A stretch of 64,000 bases of DNA, taken from NCBI RefSeq assembly GCF_000143415.4, contig NW_003314407.1, positions 1 through 64,000 on the forward strand. Reading direction: 5' to 3'. This document shows, piece after piece, positions 1-10,575 of this stretch. Each line of letters opens with the position of its first letter. Position 1 is the first letter of the stretch. Source of the DNA: Selaginella moellendorffii (Eukaryota; Plantae; Lycopodiophyta). A program made the position numbers and the translations under genes. Below the pieces are notes generated by a model, which was not told where the DNA came from, searched no databases, and saw only the letters and a list, made by a program, of their open reading frames with translations.

Positions 1-1998
1 AGCCTCACAACACCACAACAACACCCCACTCCACAAACGAACCCAACGCTATGGCTTGGGAAGAAACTTGCCTCCACAGCAACGCCCGCACTCTCCAGTT
101 ACGGCAGTGCCTGTGGACAGAAAAGGCAAGGCAAAAGTTTCTGGCTACCTTTGATTGCCCCGCATGAAGCTTTACTTCATTTTGCTGGCAATCAAAAAGT
201 TTCCCAGCTAGAAAATAGAGTGGAGATTGGTGCTGTTCACAATTTGTCTTCTCGCATGTTGAGTACCGCTGAAAAGCGCCTCCTTGCTCTTGGGCTCTCA
301 TTCATTCCTAATCCAGTGCCTCTCACGGCCAAAAAGATTATGGAATGCTTAGATGACTTTCAACGCTCAGTCCGTCTTCGTCATTCGTTTAAGGACAGCA
401 ACAGTCTTATACCAGAGTTTCGGGTTCCCAACCCAAACTTTGATCCTCCCCCTGCTTCCTGGCACATGGAGTCACGAGTTGCCTGCATTCGAGAGCACCT
501 TCTCCAACGTCTTTCCTGTTGTAAAAGACCTCGATCTTTTCTAAGAGGATGGAGACGTGATGCAGTCCTTGCACTGCGACACGATCATAGTATTGTGATT
601 AAGCCAGCTGACAAAAACCTCGGCGTAGTTGTTCTGGACCGCACGTGGTACATTCAAGAGGCTATGCGCCAACTCAATGATCCTCTTGTCTACAAGAGAG
701 TTGAGTCGATTCCACATCAACCCATGCATGAGCGCCTCCTCGAACTTCTCCTGAAGTATAAATCTTGCTCGTGGTTGGACAAGAACACAGCCAAGTACCT
801 CACCACTTTGCCCTCACCTCCACATAAAGCTTGTTTGTTGTATTTTCTTACAAAAATACACAAGCAGCCAATTCGTGGGAGACCAATTGCTAGCTATGTT
901 GGCTACATTTGGGAGCCACTTGCAAAATGGCTTCACCGCCAACTTTTTGGCATTCTCCTCCAACAGGAAACCTTTCTTATGGACTCCCACACCCTCCTTC
1001 ATGATCTTCATAAACAACAGCTCCCAAAAGACTGCCTCCTCTTCACTTTTGATGTGGATTCGCTCTACCCGAGCATTCCCACACGTGAAGGGCTCTATCG
1101 CCTCCATAAATTTGTATATAGAAATTTTGGAGATTCAATGCAAGCACGCTTTATCATGGCTGCTGCAGGACTCATCCTTGAACACAATTATGTTGAGTTC
1201 GATGGGAGTTATTTCCTTCAAATCCGAGGCACTGCTATGGGGTCAAACTTTGCTGTGGTGTATGCTTGCCTTTTTCTTTGTTCCCTCGAGGACGAGTTTA
1301 AGGCCACCTCTTCTAAATGGCCAATATATCTTAAGAGATATATTGACGATGGTGTCGGAATTTGGGATGGATCAAAAGAGAGCTTGGAATGCTGGTTGGC
1401 TAGCTATGGAAGCCTCTGCAATTCTATAAAGATCACCTCAGTGATCTCATTTGAATCTATGGATATTCTAGACATCCATTTTTTCAAAGGCCCACGCTTT
1501 GAGAAATGCAGGTGCCTAGACTCCACCACCTTTCAAAAGCCACTAAATGCATACCAATATCTTCCATGGAACTCAACGCATCCTCGACACCAAAAGATTG
1601 CCTTTATTCGTGCTGAACTTCGGCATTACCTCCTACGAGAGAGTAACCCTGAGAGCTTCTGTGCAATTCGCAAGCTTTTCTATACTCGTCTCCGTGCACG
1701 TGGATACCCAAGAGCCTTCCTTATTGAAGCTTTCCGGACAATCCATTATACGGACCGAGATAATGTGCTCTACTCTCCATCACGCAAATCCAGTAGCAAT
1801 AGTCTACAGGCCCCCCTCATTTTCAAGCTGCCTTATACTCTCCATAGTGCGGCACTTGATGTGGGGAACACCCTAAACCCTAAACAGGTGATTTCTGAAG
1901 TTCCATCAGACTCACTCCCCAGAGTGATCACATGCTGGACACGGTCCCCAAACCTTGCTTCCCACTTGGTTTCAGCGAGACTCCCACCATATGGATAA
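1..1998 (+). CDS. Penelope-like reverse transcriptase (no endonuclease); frame open from base 1, ORF track start 151
   Basis: Motifs IVIKPADKNLG, KIHK-PIRGRPI, FTFDVDSLYPSIP, QIRGTAMGS, RYIDDG, LDI, YLPWNSTHP; stop at 1996-1998 with no GIY-YIG motif; no stop in frame 1 from 1 to 150. Confidence 0.92.
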   Translation, partial: SLTTPQQHPTPQTNPTLWLGKKLASTATPALSSYGSACGQKRQGKSFWLPLIAPHEALLHFAGNQKVSQLENRVEIGAVHNLSSRMLSTAEKRLLALGLSFIPNPVPLTAKKIMECLDDFQRSVRLRHSFKDSNSLIPEFRVPNPNFDPPPASWHMESRVACIREHLLQRLSCCKRPRSFLRGWRRDAVLALRHDHSIVIKPADKNLGVVVLDRTWYIQEAMRQLNDPLVYKRVESIPHQPMHERLLELLLKYKSCSWLDKNTAKYLTTLPSPPHKACLLYFLTKIHKQPIRGRPIASYVGYIWEPLAKWLHRQLFGILLQQETFLMDSHTLLHDLHKQQLPKDCLLFTFDVDSLYPSIPTREGLYRLHKFVYRNFGDSMQARFIMAAAGLILEHNYVEFDGSYFLQIRGTAMGSNFAVVYACLFLCSLEDEFKATSSKWPIYLKRYIDDGVGIWDGSKESLECWLASYGSLCNSIKITSVISFESMDILDIHFFKGPRFEKCRCLDSTTFQKPLNAYQYLPWNSTHPRHQKIAFIRAELRHYLLRESNPESFCAIRKLFYTRLRARGYPRAFLIEAFRTIHYTDRDNVLYSPSRKSSSNSLQAPLIFKLPYTLHSAALDVGNTLNPKQVISEVPSDSLPRVITCWTRSPNLASHLVSARLPPYG

Positions 1999-2017
1999 GC
2001 TACCTTGGACTTGCCCA

Positions 2018-2342
2018 AAGCTACCTCTTGCAAACTCGGAGTGGAATATTCCTGGAATATTCTGATGCTTTGAAATATTTTTTTTGAGGTTAGCTATTAA
2101 ACATGATGAGGAACAATTAGGACGTGCTGCATGGCTGATATCCATCACCATCACCGTTCACAATATACTGCTGTGAATAAGCTACCTCTTGCAAAGTCGG
2201 AGTGGAATATTCCTGGAATATTCTGATGCTTTGAAATAACTTTTGAGGTTGGCTATTAAACATGATAAGGAACAATTAGGACGTGCTGCATGGCTGATAT
2301 CCATCACCATCACCGTTCACAATATACTGCTATGAATAAGCT
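2018..2342 (+). repeat. Tandem duplication, 2 x ~161 bp, in PLE 3' UTR
   Basis: Units start AAGCTACCTCTTGCAAA at 2018 and 2179 and are near-identical. Confidence 0.9.
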
Positions 2343-2812
2343 TCACACCACTAAGCTTGTTTATTTCCTATTTCAGTCTTTGAAATTTTCAACTTTTTTG
2401 AAATTTCAATTGATTATTATATCTTGTGCCTTGCACAGTGATGTCATTGAAGTTCACATCTATTCTCTACAAACCAAATTTGAGGGAAATATACTGAGCT
2501 AATTAAAATCACCACCACCTCTTCTCTGAAATTTTTCTGAAATTTCAAGGGACTATCACATCTTGTGCCTTGCACAAAGATGTCATTAAAACTCATATTT
2601 TATTTTCTACAAACCAAAATTTGTAGAAAATAAACTCATAATAATACCAATCAATACCACCATCATAATATATAAGATAAGTGGCTAGTGACAACCAAGT
2701 CTGTGAGGCTGTTCCTCCAAGCTTGCCTGCTCACACTCCACCACAAGATCTTTGAAATTCTAAAACAGTTGGATATTTTCAAAGCTTCTTGAATATTCTT
2801 AAGGCATCTGGG

Positions 2813-2820
2813 TATAAATA
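2813..2820 (+). promoter_or_regulatory. TATA box candidate in PLE terminal (pLTR-like) region
   Basis: TATAAATA about 30 nt upstream of the first base of hammerhead stem I (2852). Confidence 0.5.
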
Positions 2821-2851
2821 GAGGAAAAGAGGGGCTAGGTTAGACCATTTT

Positions 2852-2913
2852 CATGGCAACTACACCCGGCTGATGAGTCCCAAAAAGGACGAAACCAGTC
2901 TCGGGTTGTCATG
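2852..2913 (+). ncRNA. Type I hammerhead ribozyme (minimal stem III, PLE type)
   Basis: Stem I CATGGCAA..CCCGG / TCGGG.TTGTCATG; core CTGATGA 2870-2876; stem II GTCC-CAAAAA-GGAC; GAAAC-CA-GTC with predicted cleavage after C2900. Confidence 0.9.
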
Positions 2914-3067
2914 CCAATGTATTTCCTTTCCCTTTAGTGAATTTTTCATTATAAATTTTCTCTAGTTTTTCCTCTTATCTCAGATTGCCATAGCCGATCT
3001 CTAGCATTCTTGAGTTCCACTGGATCAAGCAATGTGGAGTGCTTTTGTCTAATCGCAATTCCAAAAT

Positions 3068-3164
3068 CCTAAACCCTAAACCCTAAACCCCTAAACCCTA
3101 AAACCGCGGGGTGTCTTTGACCCTAAACGCTTAAATGCGCCTAAAACCCTAAACCCTAAACCCT
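3068..3164 (-). repeat. Interstitial plant telomeric repeats (TTTAGGG)n split by a ~40 bp LINE 3'-end fragment
   Basis: CCCTAAA units at 3068-3103 and 3121-3164, with CCGCGGGGTGTCTTTGA between them. Confidence 0.9.
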
Positions 3165-4468
3165 CTACAGCACACCCACGAGTCTTGGGAGGACTTGGAG
3201 TTATCAATCCAAGTGACATGGCAAAGGCACTGTGGTATAAAATCCTCCTCATTAGTCTTCAACCAGGTAACTAACCTTGGAGACTCATGTTCAGGCAAAG
3301 CTTGTTGGCAATCCGGCCTAGGCACAACACTACAAGACCATGGGAGGAGGATCCACGTTGGCTTTTTGTTGAAGGGCCAAAGCAAGTAGTCAAGGGTGGC
3401 ACATTGGTTCAAGGGTTCCTTAGGCTATGGAGTGAGTTTCCAATCAGTAGGGAAATGCCGGGGCAAGTGGAGGACTGGCTGAACCAGCCTCTATTCTTCA
3501 ACAACCTCTTCAAAGTGGATGACAGGACGTTGGGCAAGGAAGACCACTACACAATCTAGAGAAAGCTGCATGGCGAAGGCTTTCGAACTCTCAAGCAACT
3601 GGTGGGAGTTCTGGACAAGGATAGGAGGAAGACTACGAGGTGAATGTCCTTTAACCCAGGACGGTGGAGGAAAGTCCACCTTGATCTTCTTCGCATCATC
3701 AGAGCGGTGAGTGAGGTGAAGAAGGGGCAGCTCTGGCCTAGGTGCTATCTCAAACCTGGAGACTTTGTGGCTTGCAACGGGATGTGGAGCCAGGCAAGGA
3801 ATGAGTCAGCTTGGGGGCCTGGACACGGGCGTTTACGGCACCTACACCAACTTGGGAGGACAGCGACGTGGAGGTGTGGTTCATTGTGTCTCCCGAACAG
3901 AATGTCGGGCGTCCTTTTCAGGTTACGAGAGGTGATATGCTGCTGCCAATAGGAGACGAACAGGCCATGCCAATGGTGATGGACGACGAAGTCAAGGGTA
4001 GGATTCGAGTGGTACGACAGGCTTCGAGGCAGGTGGTGGTAGTTCAAGCGATGGCCACACTAGAGGGGGATGGCATTCTCAAATGGTGGCAACAGCAACT
4101 CATTGAGGATCTGGATTGGGACCCAGCAATATGGAAATGAGGAGTAAAGAGCTTCTTCTCATTTGAAGTCAAGGAAGCACAGGATGGTCTCTTGACCAGC
4201 AGGGAGGAGGCCCGAGGGGAGATCCCTAAGCTCTGGAAGAAATGGATGGAGCAAGGAGTCGAAGCAAATCAGGTGGTGGACAACACGCTAGCGTTCTAGA
4301 AACTACCGGTACAGGAGAAAGTCAAGGCCACCTCTTGGTTGGTGGCAAATAATGGGCTGCTAATAGGACAGCGGTTCCAAGAGGAAGCATGTTGACGATG
4401 CTTCCTCTTGGCAAGCTAGAGACGGCGCGACATGTACTTTGGAGATGTGACGTGGCGAGAAAGGTATG

Positions 4469-6427
4469 TGTGAGACACAAAATCCCTAGGCCCCAAAGTG
4501 GAGCTGGAAGGGCGCCACATGGTAGTGGCCGAAGCGAGAGCCAAACGAGCGTAACACGTTTGGACCAAAAGCTCCGACTTGAAAAGTCAAGAGCGGGAGT
4601 GGAACTCCCAACGAAGTGCTCGAAGAACGAGCACGAAGCGAGCAAAAGGCGAGGCTCCAAAAAGGGACCCAAAAGGGCCAACACATGACACGTAGGAGTC
4701 CGAGATAGACCCGAGTTGGAGTCCGAAGTGGAGTCCGAGATGGACCCGAGTTGGAGTCCGAAGTGGAGTCCGAGATGGACCCGAGTTGGAGTCCGAAGTG
4801 GAGTCCGAGATGGACCCGAGTTGGAGTCCGAAGTGGAGTCCGAGATGGACCCGAGATGGAGTCCGAGAAGGAGTCCGAAGTGGAGTCCGAGGTGGACCGG
4901 AGATGGACCCGAGAAGGAGTCCGAAGTGGAGTCCGAGGTGGACCGGAGATGGACCCGAGTTGGAGTCCGAAGTGGAGTCCGAGATGGACCCGAGATGGAG
5001 TCCGAGATGGAGTCCGAGATGGAGTCCGAGGTGGACCCGAGATGGAGTCCGAGAAGGAGTCAGAAGTGGAGTCCGAGGTGGACCCGAGATGGACCCGAGT
5101 TGGAGTCCGAAGTGGAGTCCGAGATGGACCCGAGATGGAGTCCGAGATGGAGTCCGAGGTGGACCCGAGATGGACCCGAAATGGAGTCCGAGATGGAGTC
5201 CGAGATGGACCCGAGATGGAGTCCGAGATGGAGTCTGAGATGGAGTCCGAGATGGAGTCCGAGATGGAGTCCGAAGTCGAGACCGAGACCGGGACCAAGA
5301 CCGAGACCGAGACCAAGACCGAGATCGGGACCGAGACCGAGACTGAGGCCGAGGCCGAGACCGAGCCCGAGCCCGAGTCCGAGTCCGAGTCCGAGTCCGA
5401 GTCCGAGTCCGAGTCCGAGTCCGGAGCCTGAGAGGGTGAAAGCCCAAAGCGTTCGTCTCCCAGACCCTGGGGGGTTTGGTGAGCTCCAAAAGTATAGTAG
5501 GGGGAGGACTGCAGTGGAGCCAGTTTGGCCAGGAAAGGCCAGTTTGGCCCAGGAAGGCCGGACCCAGTGTTGGGTGATGAGCTGCCCACTGGGAAGTCCA
5601 AGACTAGAGTGAACACGGACCGACAAGCGGGGTAGCTTGGTGAAGTGTTCAAGAGCCGGCTCTAGTTCCCCCGGGAGATCGACTGGCCGATGCTCCCAGT
5701 CCAAGTGTGGGTGGCACTACCTACTTGGATACCAGGCGTGGCTCAACGGAACCTCGCTCTAAGCCCATGGCTAGAGCACCTAAGGGCAGAAGGCGAGGAG
5801 AGTACCCAGGTGGCTCGCGTAAGGCCACGGTGTTCCGAAATGTTGCCCCAAAGGCCCAGACCATGGAAAGGAAGAGGAGCAGTCCTCTGGGGTAGTGACC
5901 AAGGACACAATCGTGTGGTGAGGAAGTCCCAGAGGACCGTGGGACTTAGTGGTCGGGCCTGTGGGTCTCGATCAAGTGGCAGTGTTGGCAAACACGGCCA
6001 AGGGCAGAAAGGGACTTAGTGGGGATTGACAGAGGGATATTGGGGAAGGCTATTCCCCTTGTCGGTGGGCATCCTAAGGGTGCTAAGGAGTGGATCTCAG
6101 GTGACCACTCACGGATGGTTTGCCTAGTCTTGGAGAGCCAAGACTGTGATGCAAGTGGTAATGGACTACCAGTGTGGCAAAGGTGATTGGGCATGGCCTT
6201 AGCGTAACGGGCTGGCATGTCGGTGGTACCTTTGAGTGTCGGTCATGGGATCAGACACGTGGAGCACTTGGACCAAGTGCAAATGTTGAGTGGCATAGAT
6301 GCCATTCTCGGGGCTAGCAAGTCCCAAGTCCTGGATTGGACTTATGGAGGTTGTGAATGAGACTCCTCCAAGCGGTCGGAGGTGTGGTTAAGTGACTAAA
6401 GTAGAATGGAAAATTTAGTTGCGTACA
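4469..6427 (+). repeat. 5' LTR of large element (1959 bp)
   Basis: TGTGAGACAC...GCGTACA followed by PBS. Confidence 0.93.
4694..5422 (+). repeat. LTR minisatellite: 11/12-bp GATGGA(C/GT)CCGA units, 35-bp higher-order unit, then (GAGACC)n and (GAGTCC)n
   Basis: Directly visible; also at ~10801-11559, 28725-28960, 41385-41680 (minus), 52348-52862 and 61385-61778. Confidence 0.95.
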
Positions 6428-8904
6428 ATTTGGTATCGGAGCTGTTCCTTAGTCCGACTTTTATTGGTGCTCAAGTATATCACCACTGGTGTTGGCAACG
6501 GAAGGTCCGAGAAGTGGGCCTATCCTTGAGGAGTAGCAGGTCGGGAAGACATAGCTCTCCATTACAGTTCATGTGTGAACTTGTAGACAAGGTGGTGGAT
6601 AGAAAAGGGGCCAATAATGGAACGACTTTGGGATCTTGGGAACAGTGCAAGGTTTTCCTCATTGAGTTGAGGAGGTGATCCAGATGAGCGTTTGACTCAG
6701 CAAACGGGCTAATGTAGTTGGGGTAAACAACTATAGTTGGGATCACGGGGAAGATAGAGACTCCAAAAAACAATAAAGGAGTCACAAGTTTATCCTCACA
6801 TGGTTGAGGCTGGTGCTCATGAAGATGAGACCGGAATGGATGACCGTGAGAGGTCAAGTATGGATGAGGACACGAGTCCTCGAAATGGTAGCCGGGGCTA
6901 CCTCTAATAAATGCTGGAACAACCCAAGGAGTTAGGGGTGTATTAAGTGGATGAGTTGGTATTCTCATCACATGGACAAGTAGTCCTAAGGGGCAAAGGT
7001 TGCCCCCAGAGAACAAAATCAAGTGTCGGAGTAACACTTGTGAAAATAGTCCTTTTGAGTAGGACAGGAATGCAAGAAGTGTATTCCAGTGAGCTAGTGC
7101 CTCACAAGTAGGACCTTACGGGTTTGTGGATTAACCAAGTCCAAAACTGCTAGACGACTCAAGTAGAGTCAAGGGATGGTCCTAAAAGGACTGATGGAAA
7201 CATTTGGACTGAGGTGCGTTGTACCCCACAAAGGATGGGGGGGGATCATAGGATCCAAGGATGAGAACAGAGAGTATCTCATCGATGGCAAAATGTGCCA
7301 TGCTAAAGTCGTGGGAAAGGTGTTCCCAAAAAAAGAAAACAACTTTGACGCAAAGTTGTGTGTGACCTCTATGATGCAGTGCTAACGGATGGTTGGCATG
7401 AGAAAGAGCGGTGTTGGTCTTGGCAAAGACATAAACACGAAGGGGAAGTGTCATAGAGGTAGGCTCGTGGAGCCGATGGTGTAGAGACACCAAATGTGCC
7501 AAGGTGTGATACCTTGAGGCTATGTTGGTGGGTTCATGAGAACCCCTTGCCAAAGGAATCCCAATGGAAATGGGAATGGCATAGCCTAAGCTGCAGAGCA
7601 TGCAGTTGGAGTGTGGTGACCCAGATAATGATGAAGGTGTGAAAGCACCAAACAATGAGTTGTAGGACTTGACAACTATGAGGCAACTAAGCAAGAGGTG
7701 CAAAATAACTGGTTGAACGGGTAGAAGGTAGCTACCCAAGACTTCTTAATAGCATAGGGAAGTCGGATACGCCCTTACGGGGGATAAGTTGCTTGTGTTG
7801 CGATATAGTAAGTCAATGTCATAAAAGGAAATACTCATTGTCAAGAAAGCCATCATTGGGACACCCGAACACTCTAGAACACCAGAAGGTGGTGTTTGAT
7901 GTCGCGAGGGCAATGGATAAAGCCCAAGGGACTAAGTCCCTAGCGAATGATGGATAGAAGGTGCTATCCTAATGTCCAAGGTTGCGGAGACAGGAGAGGA
8001 CTGTCTACCCGAGTTGGACAAAGCCAAAAATGGAATTTTGGCAAGGCTAGTGATGGGCATGGAAAGGCCCATAAGCAACAATGTAATCCCAGTGTGTGGG
8101 ATTATAAGTTGAGCATGCCCGGATTGAGGAACCACTCCCTGGGCTATTGGGTAGGTTCATCCCTAAGAATACTTGCTAAGGCATGATAGAAAGTGCAAAG
8201 CTATCCTCCTGATCTGGAGGAGAATGACCGAAGGAAAGGTGTGAAGCCAAAGGCAAGTAGTATTGGGATAGAACTGAACCATAGAAATCGAAGGGCATAA
8301 TCAAGGTTGGTTATGCCAGCTGGGAGTGGGGAATCAAGTGGGGGCTCGAGGGTGTTGCCGCTAGCAACCGTGATGCCATGGAGAGTCTAAAATATGGAAT
8401 TATCCATGTTAGACTATGTGGCATTTGGAAGGCTTGCAAAAGGGAGGCCTTAGCAAGCTGAGGGACAGAGTTCCTTCAAGGTTCCCAAAGACGATTCTAG
8501 GTAGCTTAGTACCTAGAAAGGCCAAGTGTAAATGGTTCATGGAACGCGCAAAATCAGAGTGGCGCAGCAGAAGCGTGGTCTTGAAGTTTGCCATGAGGCA
8601 AGGCTATCAAGGTTAGGGAAGTAGTTCCCGAGTGTTCAAAGAGAGGGCTTTGAACGAAAGTCGATGGTCAAGGACTTTCACGCTTATGCAGGAACCATGT
8701 TACAGTGGTCGGAGAACTTGCCAAGCGAGATTGGCACGTCGGGGGAACAAATACCCTAGTTGAAGGTGATAACTTCAAAAAGGGTGGGCCATGGGGCCGA
8801 GCATGGAGGAGTCCATGCATGATCACAGACATGTCAAATGAGAGGACTTGGCAGTGTGGAGGAACTAGGTTCCTAAGCTGTGATCTGTAGCGCGCTTTAA
8901 AAAT

Positions 8905-9333
8905 AAGTTGGTGCACCGGCGTGGGGAGTCACGCCAGGCATCTTGTGTGATGCCGTCCGTAGATGCATATACGGAGGTTGGGTTCAAGTCCCGACCCTCT
9001 AGTGCTTGGGTTCGAGTCCCAAATCACTAGGGCGTGGTGATGGTTTGGAATATGAGGACACTCATATTTCGGTGGTCATGGACTCTCAGTGGGGAGACTG
9101 GTTTGGGCACACCGCCAAGCGAGGGATGCCTCGGAGTCGTGATGCACGGTTAGATTGCTTAGTGTGAAAGCTCAGCATATCTAACTTGAACGCTTTGGTG
9201 CAAGTGGCACCAAGGTCGTGGTGAGTGAGATGGGGACACCTAATCTCAGTTGCTATGAACCCTTGGCCGTAAGGGCTGGCTTGGGTGCACCGCCAAGTGT
9301 GGGGGATGCCCCCGGGGTTATAGTCAACAACTT
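8905..9333 (+). ncRNA. Candidate structured cis-acting RNA domain (hairpin array) in large-element interior
   Basis: About 15 consecutive short hairpins; same-length second copy at 50522-50950, where the differences checked fall in loops or keep pairing. Confidence 0.6.
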
Positions 9334-10575
9334 GGAGGTCTAGAAGACCAAGTACCTCTTGGCAACTCTGTTAAGGTGCCAAGGTGAGATCACTAGGTGA
9401 TCTTATGGCCAGATAAGGACAAGGTCCTTGGTTGGCTAAGGAATGAAGTTCCTGGTTCAAAATGTTGAAATTGAACTGTTTAAGGTGGTGTGGCTTGGTC
9501 GTGATGACCAAGTGGGAAGAGCACCTAAGGGAAATAAACTATGTCCGTGCGATGGCATAGTGAGTCCGAGGAAAGTAGTCTCTATAAGAGACCCATGGGA
9601 GGGTCACGAAGTTGGGCCGTGGATAGAGCCCATAGCAGAAGATGCTAAAGAGACATACTAGGGGTGAACATCCTCCGGACTTGGCAAAAAAGAGTCTTTG
9701 CTATGGAACCGAAACAATACCTCAAGGAGGGAGGTAGAGATTCGATGTTGCTTGGTGCAACAATCAACGGATAGGAGCAAAAGATAAGTGGCCAAGATAG
9801 GGCCGTGGAATCCCTTGGAAGGAATCCAAGTGACAAATTTAGGCGAGGAACACTAATGTGTTGGACGCTAACAAGTTGCGGGAAAGGAAGTGTGTTTCCA
9901 AGGAGGGATTCCGAAATGCTCCGATTTGGCGAAAGTGGAAGCTCCAAGGGAGGGAGCGGTAAGGTAGCCAAATGATAGGGCCATGAACAGCCCTAGCACA
10001 AAGTATGATAACTGGAACTTTGGCACGAAATAGAAGAGAGGATGATGGTGCCCTCGAGTAGAGAACTTCCTAGGATGGGAAGTGGAGTTGCACAAAAAGG
10101 TGCAAGGCAAGGTGTCGGAGACACCTAGGAAATTGACTCCAAGAAGTCAAAATTCAAAGTTCCAAAGTGCAAAGGTTATATCGATGGAAATCAAGACTAC
10201 TCGAGAAGGAGTAGTGGGATTGACTTAGAGAAGGGTCTCTAAGAGGTTTAGCGAGGACTAAACCAATAAAAGGAGAGAACCACTACATGTGGTCCAATCC
10301 GTCTCTAAGTTGGAGAGACTACCCTCCTTAGAGGATAGGCAAGGCATGGTGAGCCTTTGGTGTCAAACCATGGAGGCATATGCAAAAGGCATGGTGAGCC
10401 TTCAATGTCAAACCATTGACGAATATGGAGAAGGCATGGTGAGCCTTCAATGTCAAACCATTGACAAATATTGGCTAGGTGCCAAGGATGGAAATGGTAA
10501 CACACGCGAGTGTTACTTTACAAAATGGTTTACCGTTCGATGAGGACATCGAACTTCGTCTATGGGTGGTGGAGT

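Larger units (their letters stand above)
1..3067 (+). mobile_element. Endonuclease-deficient Penelope-like retroelement (telomere-associated type), 5' end outside window
   Basis: PLE-type RT ORF with no GIY-YIG domain, ~1 kb 3' region containing a TATA box and hammerhead, ending directly on (CCCTAAA)n at 3068. Confidence 0.88.

Noticed and set aside
2101-2125. Extra hammerheads in the 161-bp repeat (ATGATGAG..GGACG)
   Set aside because: No CUGAUGA core, no stem II pairing and no GAAA.
4694-5280. CRISPR-like periodic array
   Set aside because: No unique spacers; it is a tandem minisatellite in a eukaryotic LTR.
4486-5704. Long overlapping ORFs (SR-, SD-, ES-, LG-rich) here and at 10513-11841, 52133-53136 and 61210-62059
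   Set aside because: They are open in all six frames because the LTR minisatellite lacks stop codons; not proteins.
8980-9020. tRNA genes or tRNA-SINE
   Set aside because: Only T-arm/B-box-like hairpins are present; no cloverleaf or A box found.
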